NCBI GenBank assembly: GCA_003567005.1
Contig: PXBF01000048.1
Coordinates: forward strand, 1-29,263
Direction: 5' to 3'
Origin: PVC group bacterium
Lineage (GTDB): Bacteria > Verrucomicrobiota > Kiritimatiellia > UBA8416
Length of the DNA: 29,263 nt
Below, in pieces: positions 7,622-15,228 of this stretch. Position 1 is the stretch's first letter. Every line of letters starts with the position of its first letter. The notes under the pieces were generated by a model. The model searched no databases. It had not been told where the DNA came from and saw nothing but the letters and a program-made list of their open reading frames with translations. The position numbers were made by a program, and so were the translations under genes.

Positions 7622-8904
7622 GGGTATATTCCCAGTTTCTCGTAGAGGGTTGTGGGTTCACCGCGCTTCCAGTCCTTGATAAGTTCCTGCGTGATGTGCC
7701 AGGGCAACGGCGTGCGTTCGAGCTTATGTTCGGTGAATAGCTTGTGAATGGCAGCGGCTTGCGTGCAGCAAAGCCAGTCGGCGCATGGGATGTCGAAGTA
7801 GCTGCGCATCCGTTGAAAGATGACGGAGAACGGTTCTTCGTTCACGTTGCCAAATGAGATGTTGAGAAATTCGCAGGGTTGTACTTCGCCGCTGGCCCCG
7901 ATGTAGAAGCGGTCGACCCCGCCCGCCGTGCATCCCAGCACGTGGCGTTGTTCTTCGAACACCTGGGCGGCGAGTGATGGATAATCGTGCATGCGGGAGC
8001 TGTTATAGCGTACATGTTCCTCTTGGATGCGGGCGACGAGGTCGTTTTCTGTCTGCATGTTGGTTTCGCGTCCGAGCCATGCGCCGGATGGCTTGGGATG
8101 AATGAGCTGCACGTAATCGCAATCCAGCTCGCGCGTGAAATCCATCAGCTTGTCCAGTCCGCCCTGCCGGATTTCGTCTTCGGAGAGAACCGAGTTGCAG
8201 GTTGCCACGAGATTAAGGTCCCTGCATGCGCGCACGGCATCGCAGGCAATATCGAAAGATCCTTGCTTGCGTGTGAAGCTATCATGCACGGCCGGGTCAG
8301 TGGAGTGGATTGAGACCATGAGTCCGAAAAGTCCGGCTGCTTTCAATTCTTCCAGCATGCCTGGTTTGATATTGGCACCCGTGGTATTGATCCAGATCTC
8401 GCTGCGTGCATCCAGTGCCTGTACGAGCTTCAGGAGCCGTGGGTAGCGGATGAATGGTTCGCCGCCTTCTATATCGAACATGGCTACCCCGGCATCGCGT
8501 ACCTGCAGGGCGGTTTGAATCATGGCGTCTTCGTCGATGTCGACGGCCGGATCGTTTTTCTGGTAGCAGTGCTCGCAGTCGTACGAGCAGGCCTTGGTCA
8601 TGGAATATACAATCGTTGTGGGACCGGGCGGTGTTTTCAGCAGCTTACTTTCGATGGCATAAAAGAAAGCGGGCGAGGGATAGGCAGGCAGGTAAAGGTG
8701 TAATTTGTAGCCATTGAAGACACGCACCGGCTTGTTGTGACGGAAGACCAGCAGCAACTGCAGGGCGCGTCGCAGAAAGCGGCAATATGCCAATGGGGAG
8801 GAAAAGTGTTTTGGGCGCAGTGCGTAGTAAAACGGAATATGAACGATAATACGCACGTATAGCAGCAGTTTTCGGAATCCTGTCAGGAAATGGGCATTTT
8901 TCAT
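7618..8904 (-). CDS. Radical SAM enzyme with N-terminal hydrophobic/membrane-associated extension and C-terminal Cys-rich (SPASM/twitch-like) region
   Basis: 428 aa. CxxxCxxC radical SAM motif CSYDCEHC after about 100 hydrophobic/basic residues. The downstream GGE-like FDIEGGEP fits SAM binding. The C-terminal Cys run is GCTAGG...PCEFLN...CADWLCC. ATGA overlap with the kinase gene. Confidence 0.8.
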   Translation of the reverse strand: MKNAHFLTGFRKLLLYVRIIVHIPFYYALRPKHFSSPLAYCRFLRRALQLLLVFRHNKPVRVFNGYKLHLYLPAYPSPAFFYAIESKLLKTPPGPTTIVYSMTKACSYDCEHCYQKNDPAVDIDEDAMIQTALQVRDAGVAMFDIEGGEPFIRYPRLLKLVQALDARSEIWINTTGANIKPGMLEELKAAGLFGLMVSIHSTDPAVHDSFTRKQGSFDIACDAVRACRDLNLVATCNSVLSEDEIRQGGLDKLMDFTRELDCDYVQLIHPKPSGAWLGRETNMQTENDLVARIQEEHVRYNSSRMHDYPSLAAQVFEEQRHVLGCTAGGVDRFYIGASGEVQPCEFLNISFGNVNEEPFSVIFQRMRSYFDIPCADWLCCTQAAAIHKLFTEHKLERTPLPWHITQELIKDWKRGEPTTLYEKLGIYP

Positions 8905-9872
8905 GATTTGGCATCCTTGTATTGGTCGAACAGAAATCCGATAAACACATAGCTGGCACTGAAGAGATACAGGGCCAAGGTTCCATTAAAGATGGCAATC
9001 AGGGCGATTTGCCCTGCGACACAAGCGCGGATATTGGTTGCCAGACTGAAGTAGGTGCGGTCGCCGACCGGATTATGGAAGAATAGCAGTGCCGTCCAGA
9101 GTTGTAGGAAGAGGGTCATTACCGCGCAGAATACGAAGTCGCGCACAAAGAGAATGTCACGCAGCGGCAGCCATCCGGCCCGTGCGAACAGCAGGAACAG
9201 CAACGTTGGCAGAAACGCGCCGATCAATCCGGCATAACGTGCCACATTCAAGCCGTAGCGCACGACAAATGTATTTTTTCCGGCAGCCTTGTCGCCCTCA
9301 TAGTCCTTGAAGTAGGTGTAGAACGTCATGAGTCCGTTCATGAAGGCCACAAGGATAAATCCGCTAATGCGGTTGCTGGTAAACACAGGAGTCGGCATGG
9401 GCCCGGCAGCCAGGAAACCGTAGACGGTACACATGGCGATGGACAGCCCGAAAATTGCGTTGCCGGTAAGCGACCAGGCTTTCGCATACTCATACAGAAT
9501 GTTCAGCAAAACGCCGAGGATGACCGGTACTACAGACCAAGGGTTCAGCAACCAGGAAATCGCCACCACGCCTGCCATGAGCACGCCGGATACAATCAGG
9601 GCATTGCGCGGATTCAGTTCGCCGGTAACCATGGGGCGGTTGGGGGCGTTGATGCGGTCTTCCGGCAGCCCTAGGTAATCGTTGATAATCTGGTTAATGC
9701 CCCAGCTCAGGAAAAGCATGATCAACAAAAGGGATCCGCGTGCGTGGCTGTAATGATCCGGCATGGCGAACTGGTAGAAGGATACGCCAACCCAGCCGGC
9801 AATGCCGGTAATGAAAGCATAGTAAAGCCGCATTGATTTGATATAAGCCTTCCAAAAGCTGATTGTTAACAT
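8901..9872 (-). CDS. UbiA-superfamily membrane prenyltransferase
   Basis: 323 aa and polytopic. First Asp-rich motif NDYLGLPEDRINAPNRP, second motif FKDYEGDKAAGKNT. It has 8-9 predicted TM helices. Confidence 0.75.
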   Translation of the reverse strand: MLTISFWKAYIKSMRLYYAFITGIAGWVGVSFYQFAMPDHYSHARGSLLLIMLFLSWGINQIINDYLGLPEDRINAPNRPMVTGELNPRNALIVSGVLMAGVVAISWLLNPWSVVPVILGVLLNILYEYAKAWSLTGNAIFGLSIAMCTVYGFLAAGPMPTPVFTSNRISGFILVAFMNGLMTFYTYFKDYEGDKAAGKNTFVVRYGLNVARYAGLIGAFLPTLLFLLFARAGWLPLRDILFVRDFVFCAVMTLFLQLWTALLFFHNPVGDRTYFSLATNIRACVAGQIALIAIFNGTLALYLFSASYVFIGFLFDQYKDAKS

Positions 9873-9889
9873 GCGTTGCTCCCCTTTTT

Positions 9890-11743
9890 TTATTCTATTG
9901 TCATATCTGCGGAAAAGGTGTCGGTACCATTGCCTGAGGTGAAGTAGCGTTTGCTTACGGAAAATCTGATATTTCGGGCATTCTGGATTGCATCGGGGGC
10001 AAGGCGGAATTGGTAGGATCCGGGTGCTTTGCGGGTGAGTTCGATGTCGGCGTATTTTTGTTCGTCGATTTGGACCGTGATGGCATCGGGGGATACGAGG
10101 GTATTCCCTCTATTGGTGCGCACTTCCAGCCGCCCGGTCAGGCTGCCATCGTCGGCTGTCGTTACGGATGTAAGCGATGGCTGCAAGGTATGCGGGAAGG
10201 CGATGGCTTGGTAGAAGAACTCGATGGGGAAGGCGCGGTAGGCGGGGCCGAGAAAGCTGTCTTCGAGATAGCGATGCGTGGCGTTGCCGAATGTTTCGCG
10301 ATAGATGAAGTGCATGCGGTCGTCAATTTTCTTGTAGCCCACGATTACACAGGCATGTACGCCTTTGGCGCGGATGCCGCTTTGCGGGTTGCCGCGCCGG
10401 TCGCGTTGCATGTGTTGGGCATAGAGAGGTCCCCAGGCATGCAAGGCGGCAATCAATAGCTGTTCCTTTTCCTTGGTGCTGCGTTCGCGAGCACTCCATT
10501 CAGCGATCTGGAAATACGCGTCATCATTGTCCTCATAGCGGCGTTCATCCCTGCGGCGTGTGCGGCGTGCCATCAGGTTGCGGTCGATGACCATCAACAA
10601 AGGGTGCTCATCCATAGCAAACGGGTTTTCTCCGTGTTCGTATTGCATATGATCTGGGACGAGCGGATCGGAGACGATCCCTGCATTGGTTTCTGATAGG
10701 ATGCGGGCATATCCGCGCGGGGAATAGGGGATGGGTTCACGGGTGACGCGGTCGCGCCCGACGAGTTTGAAGTTGCCGCGTGCATGGAGGTGCAGGCCAG
10801 TCAGGTTCCCAAAGCCCATGACGGTGCGCGCCACAATGCCGGCCTCTTCCCTGGCGCGTTCAAAGTAGATGCTTTCCAGATGGCGGGGGTTGATGCCGTA
10901 TTCCTGCTGTCCGCCTGCGGCATTGCGATAGGGGGAAAGTGTGCCACCGGTGGTAACGATCCACCAATCGGCCAGATAGCTTGCTGCGATTGCGAGACAT
11001 TTGGAGGTGGCCGTGCGGCGCCCGAGCGAATGACGCATTCGCACGCCGGCTTCTCGCCCGATTTCTCGATTGAATGCCTCGACGTTTTCGCGACGTTCCT
11101 CCTGCGTTTTCTTTGGCAGATCGAGCACGCCGTCGACCAGGTAAGCGTCGGGTGCATGCGGATTAATCGGAATCCCGGTCGTGAATTGCGTAACGGGCGG
11201 AATCAATTCGTTCAGTCGAGGGATCGCATTTACCGTTGGGGCTCTTTGCCATTGTCGTGCTGAAACACGAAAAAGTGGTTCGTGTTGAGGGGTGAACATG
11301 ATCGGGCTTTGGATCGAGCCGTCTTCTGGATCCACGGCAAAGAATCCGCCAATCTCGCGTTTCATATTCAGTCCAACGAGCCAGCGTGCAACACGCTCGG
11401 TTCCGTCGGGTGCCATAACCATGACCGGTCTGGCTACGGAGGTTTCCGGAAAACGTTGCAGGACTTTTCGGTAATCCTGCCAGTAGGTATGCGGAGGCGT
11501 GTCATTCGTCTTGTGATCCGCTTTTGCCCGTTCAGCGGCGATATGATCGGCAATGATGGCACGTGCTGCTTCGGCTGGTATCGCTGCCTCCAAGGTCGGC
11601 AATTCGAGAAATATATTTAGGCGTTGATTCTTGATGATCCCGGTATCAGCAGCTGAAACCATCATTCGAGCCCCGATGGCAAGCAGGATACATGCAATGA
11701 TCAACGTTTTGAAAACTGCCTGGGGTGCATTCCGCATTTGCAT
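9890..11743 (-). CDS. Large secreted/membrane-anchored hypothetical protein with possible papain-like (Cys/His) fold
   Basis: 617 aa. N-terminal signal/anchor MQMRNAPQAVFKTLIIACILLAIGARMMVSAA. Candidate catalytic Cys (TSKCLAIAASYLADWW) and His (GVHACVIVGYKK). No confident family assignment can be made from sequence alone. Confidence 0.5.
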   Translation of the reverse strand: MQMRNAPQAVFKTLIIACILLAIGARMMVSAADTGIIKNQRLNIFLELPTLEAAIPAEAARAIIADHIAAERAKADHKTNDTPPHTYWQDYRKVLQRFPETSVARPVMVMAPDGTERVARWLVGLNMKREIGGFFAVDPEDGSIQSPIMFTPQHEPLFRVSARQWQRAPTVNAIPRLNELIPPVTQFTTGIPINPHAPDAYLVDGVLDLPKKTQEERRENVEAFNREIGREAGVRMRHSLGRRTATSKCLAIAASYLADWWIVTTGGTLSPYRNAAGGQQEYGINPRHLESIYFERAREEAGIVARTVMGFGNLTGLHLHARGNFKLVGRDRVTREPIPYSPRGYARILSETNAGIVSDPLVPDHMQYEHGENPFAMDEHPLLMVIDRNLMARRTRRRDERRYEDNDDAYFQIAEWSARERSTKEKEQLLIAALHAWGPLYAQHMQRDRRGNPQSGIRAKGVHACVIVGYKKIDDRMHFIYRETFGNATHRYLEDSFLGPAYRAFPIEFFYQAIAFPHTLQPSLTSVTTADDGSLTGRLEVRTNRGNTLVSPDAITVQIDEQKYADIELTRKAPGSYQFRLAPDAIQNARNIRFSVSKRYFTSGNGTDTFSADMTIE

Positions 11744-11806
11744 GATATTTTCTCTAATAGGATATCATTCAGGAAAGATTGGTGCCTTATTCTTTTTATA
11801 TTTGTG

Positions 11807-12346
11807 CTACTCGCAGAGGTAGGCGAGCAGTTCTTCGCGGTTGGGGTGATTCTGTAGTTCGTCTTTCAGCTTATCGATGCGATGGAGTACATCTGCGCCG
11901 AAACGTTCTTCCATGCGTGTGCGGCGACTTTGCTGCAGCTCGGTATCGCGCACGGTGCGTTGCCAGGATTGCGTAAAGACGCGGTTGAGTTCATCGTGAA
12001 AGTTCCGGGCACGCAGGGCTTCCCATTCTCCGGCATCCAGCCAGATGCCGCCGGTGATGGATCGGTCGATCATGAATGGGAATCCATGACCGACTTTGTA
12101 GCGCGTCATGATGGTGCCGCTTTCGGGACAGATGCGGGCTTGGGGCGGCATATCGCTCGGTTCGGGTTGTTCGTGTTCGTCTGATTGGGGAATGTGCGGT
12201 GTGATCGCAGGTTGCTGACTGAGCCAGCGCATATAGCAGTTGGAGGGGATATAGTAGCCACCGCTCTCTTCGCAACGATAAGCCATCAGGCCATCTTCCA
12301 GTTCTGTCAATGTCATGGGCTTGCGAGATCCGACTGGGCTTTTCAT
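11807..12346 (-). CDS. Zinc-ribbon (zf-TFIIB-like) domain protein
   Basis: Start is chosen at MKSPVGS, which has a GGAGAAGG SD 6 nt upstream. There are two degenerate ribbon repeats (YRCEESGGYY..., RICPESGTIM...GGIWLDAGEWEAL). The GxWxDxGE motif is typical of zf-TFIIB-like ribbons. It is the first gene of the minus-strand operon. Confidence 0.5.
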   Translation of the reverse strand: MKSPVGSRKPMTLTELEDGLMAYRCEESGGYYIPSNCYMRWLSQQPAITPHIPQSDEHEQPEPSDMPPQARICPESGTIMTRYKVGHGFPFMIDRSITGGIWLDAGEWEALRARNFHDELNRVFTQSWQRTVRDTELQQSRRTRMEERFGADVLHRIDKLKDELQNHPNREELLAYLCE

Positions 12347-12719
12347 GCTACCTTCTCCCGGTTCTGTTTTCTGGGTGCGCGTTTTGTTTTGTTTTGCGTG
12401 TAAGGTACTGCGAACGTTGGCGCATTGGCTAGTAAAAAGTGGGTATGTCGAGGGCGTCGAGAGAATCGAGGGACTCGTTGTTGCGCCGATTTGTGCGGTA
12501 TAGGGGCTCTGCAATTTTTAGGGACGGAAAAGTTGGACAGGATGCTTTTATTCTGGCTGTTTTTCAGAACGGTTGGCGGGGCCATTCCTGGGGCTCATGA
12601 TAATGTTTGGTGTCGTTGTTTGGGGTGCCTGCCTGATTGCAAACTTTTGTGTGAATTGTAATGGCGCGGATTTCGTGCATGCGGGATGATGTGCACCGTC
12701 GAGAAACGGGAGAGTGACA

Positions 12720-13220
12720 ATGGAGTCTCACGAAATCATGCGGCGTGCAATCGGGAATGTAGGTGTCAAGGCTGTCGCAGCCGATATGGCACTGTCTTCC
12801 TCGCTGGTCTACAAGTGGTGTCAGCCCAAAGGGGATGACAACAGCGGCGCGGATAATCCCTTAGACCGGATTGCCGAACTTTGTCAAATCACGGGCGATG
12901 TATCCCCGATTGTCTGGCTGTGTGAGCAAGTGAATGGCTTCTTTGTTGAGAACGTGACCCCGGATGCGGCAGCAGCAGATGTTCGGGCCTTATCCATGAC
13001 GCAACGAATACTCAAGGAGTTTTCGGAGATGCTGGATATGGTTTCGCGGAGTATTGCGCATGAGAATGGGATTGATCCTGACGAGGCGCGTGCCATCCGC
13101 GTGGAGTGGGAGGATCTGAAGCGTGTTTCCGAACAGTTTGTGCTGGGCTGCGAAATGGGGAGTTATCTTCCGGATACGTACAAGCAACGACAACGAGTAA
13201 AACAAGGAGAGAAGGCATGA
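12720..13220 (+). CDS. Small HTH DNA-binding protein (phage CII-like helix-turn-helix)
   Basis: VGVKAVAADMALSSSLVYKWCQ resembles the lambda CII HTH (AEAVGVDKSQISRWKRD). GGGAGAG SD 7 nt upstream of the ATG at 12720. The stop overlaps the pspA start (ATGA). Confidence 0.45.
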   Translation: MESHEIMRRAIGNVGVKAVAADMALSSSLVYKWCQPKGDDNSGADNPLDRIAELCQITGDVSPIVWLCEQVNGFFVENVTPDAAAADVRALSMTQRILKEFSEMLDMVSRSIAHENGIDPDEARAIRVEWEDLKRVSEQFVLGCEMGSYLPDTYKQRQRVKQGEKA

Positions 13221-13897
13221 GCATCATGGCACGTCTAAAACGGGTAACAGTGGGTCGGATGGAGGCATTTCTTTCATCTGTTGAAGATCCGGAGACGGTA
13301 TTTCCGCAACTTGTGCGTGAGATGGAAGAGCAGGTACGTTTGGCAACGGACGCCGAGGCCAAGGCTATGGCGGCTGTGAAGTCCGCCGAGCGGACGCGCG
13401 ACCAGGCATCAGCCAAGCTGGAAAAGATGACAGATGGTGCGCGTTCCGCATTGGAGCAGGGTGACGAAGCCACGGCTCGCGAGGCCATTGCGGCCCAAAT
13501 CCAGCTTGAAGATGAGGTGGCGCGCTGTGCGGATGCCGTAGCGAATGCGAATCAATCGTACAGTGATGCGCACGAAACGCGCGTGCTCACGCAAAAGCAG
13601 TTGGATGAAGTACGTGCGAAGAAGGATGAAATTTTGAATCGCGCTCGCGTGGTGCGGTCGCAGGAAAAAATTCAGCGCACGGTGCAGGGGCCGGCGGCTT
13701 CTACTGGCAGCATTCTGGATGCGGTGGCGCGCATGGAGTCTCAGGTAGAAGAGCGTGAAGCTGGTCTTGCTGTACGTAAGGAGTTGGGACAGACGGGGGC
13801 CGGTGGTACAGCCTCGCTGGAGCAACGGATCGAGGATTTGCACAAGCAGGCTGAGATTGATCGCCGGATGGCAGCATTAAAAGGAAAACAATCATAG
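13217..13897 (+). CDS. pspA: PspA/IM30 (Vipp1) family membrane-stress protein, paralog 1
   Basis: The N-terminus MSIMARLKRVTVGRMEAFLSSVEDPETVFPQLVREMEEQV matches the PspA consensus (MGIFSRF...AEDPEKML...IRDMED). It is a coiled-coil protein with an AAGGAGAGAAGG SD. Confidence 0.85.
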   Translation: MSIMARLKRVTVGRMEAFLSSVEDPETVFPQLVREMEEQVRLATDAEAKAMAAVKSAERTRDQASAKLEKMTDGARSALEQGDEATAREAIAAQIQLEDEVARCADAVANANQSYSDAHETRVLTQKQLDEVRAKKDEILNRARVVRSQEKIQRTVQGPAASTGSILDAVARMESQVEEREAGLAVRKELGQTGAGGTASLEQRIEDLHKQAEIDRRMAALKGKQS

Positions 13898-13906
13898 CGG
13901 AGTATC

Positions 13907-14581
13907 ATGGCTATACTTGATCGTATTCATAGAATCGCCCGCGCGAATCTGGCGCAGTTGCTGGATCGCGTGGAGTCGCCCGAGGAGGAAATCACAAGCC
14001 ACATTCGTGCGCTGGAAGATGCGGCGCGCGAGGCCAAGGATGCCTTGGCGGGTTTTGCGGTTACCGTCAAGCGGCAGGAACAAGCCAACGAGGCGTTGCG
14101 CAAGTCATGCGGGGAATGGCAAGCACGCGCCGAGGCTGCGATTGAAGCTGGCGATGAAGCGACGGCTCGTCGTGCGTTGGGAGAACGCCTGAAAGCCGAG
14201 GAGCGCCTGGCAGCGTTCGAGCCCGTATTGGAGGGGCGTCGGAAAACGTATGACGAGTTGCGTGACGATCTGGTACGGATTCACGACCAACTGCATGAGG
14301 CACGGGCCAAGCTCATGGACCTGAGAGCCCGTAAGCTGGCAGCCGATGCGGAGAAGTCGATGTCGCAGCGGGTCGCCACATTCGACCGTGGAACACCGGC
14401 AGGAATGGAACGGTTGGAGGATGAAGTTCTTGCTTCGGAAGCTTCGGCTGAAATCGAGCGTGATATGCGTGGGGTACTGACGCCGTTATCCGAAAAGCTG
14501 GAGCGAGATGTGCAGGAGCGTAAAGTGGACAGCGCATTGGAGGCATTGAAGGCGCGCCTTGGAAAGGATGCCAAGGAATGA
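13907..14581 (+). CDS. PspA/IM30 family protein, paralog 2
   Basis: MAILDRIHRIARANLAQLLDRVESPEEEITSHIRALEDA has the same family signature. 224 aa, coiled coil. Confidence 0.85.
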   Translation: MAILDRIHRIARANLAQLLDRVESPEEEITSHIRALEDAAREAKDALAGFAVTVKRQEQANEALRKSCGEWQARAEAAIEAGDEATARRALGERLKAEERLAAFEPVLEGRRKTYDELRDDLVRIHDQLHEARAKLMDLRARKLAADAEKSMSQRVATFDRGTPAGMERLEDEVLASEASAEIERDMRGVLTPLSEKLERDVQERKVDSALEALKARLGKDAKE

Positions 14582-15225
14582 TCGCCAATCTTGTGCAGTT
14601 ATGGCATGCCAGCGTGCATATATCGAACTTGTTCTCGACGCTTCTGCTGTTGCTTGTGGTGGTGTACTGGATTGTCGTGCTGTGTGGTTTGCTGGATGTG
14701 GACGCACTGGATCTTGATGTGTGCGAGCTGGAAGCCGACGGTATCGAGGTTGGCTCGGCACACGGAAGTGCCGAAGGCTTGCTGGAGTATCTGAATCTGC
14801 GGCGCGTACCGCTTTCGATTTTGGTGAGCGTGTTTGCGATCAGTCTTTGGTTATTAGGGGTTCTGGCCAACCATTACCTGCATGGTACGAGCTCGGGACT
14901 TCTAGGGCTCGCAATCTTTGTGCCGAACGTGCTGGTGAGTGTACATGTGGCAAAGTTTGTGACGATGCCGCTGGTTCCTTTGTTTCGGAGCATGCATGCG
15001 GATATTGCAGAAGTACGCGATATGACGGGGACGCGTGTACGCATCACCTCGTCCTCGGCAGACGAGACGTTCGGGCAAGCAGAGGTTTTGTCGGGCGATA
15101 ACGGGCCATCGATTGTGGTGAGTGTAAGAACGGACGGGGGTGTTTTGCCGAAGGGTAGTGAAGCGGTTGTTGTGCGTGAGTTAGGGGACAAGAGTGTATA
15201 TGTGGTGAGTAAACTGGAGGTGTAG
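14578..15225 (+). CDS. YqiJ-like inner-membrane protein (DUF1449 / NfeD-like C-terminal OB domain)
   Basis: Two to three TM helices followed by a C-terminal soluble beta domain (GTRVRITSSSADETFGQAEVLSGDNGPSIVVSV). It is coupled (ATGA) to pspA-2 and sits directly upstream of the flotillin gene, as in yqiJK operons. Confidence 0.6.
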   Translation: MIANLVQLWHASVHISNLFSTLLLLLVVVYWIVVLCGLLDVDALDLDVCELEADGIEVGSAHGSAEGLLEYLNLRRVPLSILVSVFAISLWLLGVLANHYLHGTSSGLLGLAIFVPNVLVSVHVAKFVTMPLVPLFRSMHADIAEVRDMTGTRVRITSSSADETFGQAEVLSGDNGPSIVVSVRTDGGVLPKGSEAVVVRELGDKSVYVVSKLEV

Positions 15226-15228
15226 GTT

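Noticed and set aside
12347-12719. Sigma-54 (-24 GG / -12 GC) promoter upstream of the pspA operon
   Set aside because: The candidate GG/GC pairs (for example around 12620-12640 near TTGCA) do not have the required 10-nt spacing. There is no PspF-like activator in the window.
13012-13843. Minus-strand ORFs overlapping the first pspA gene
   Set aside because: They are antisense to a confidently identified PspA gene, with no SD and low-complexity sequence.
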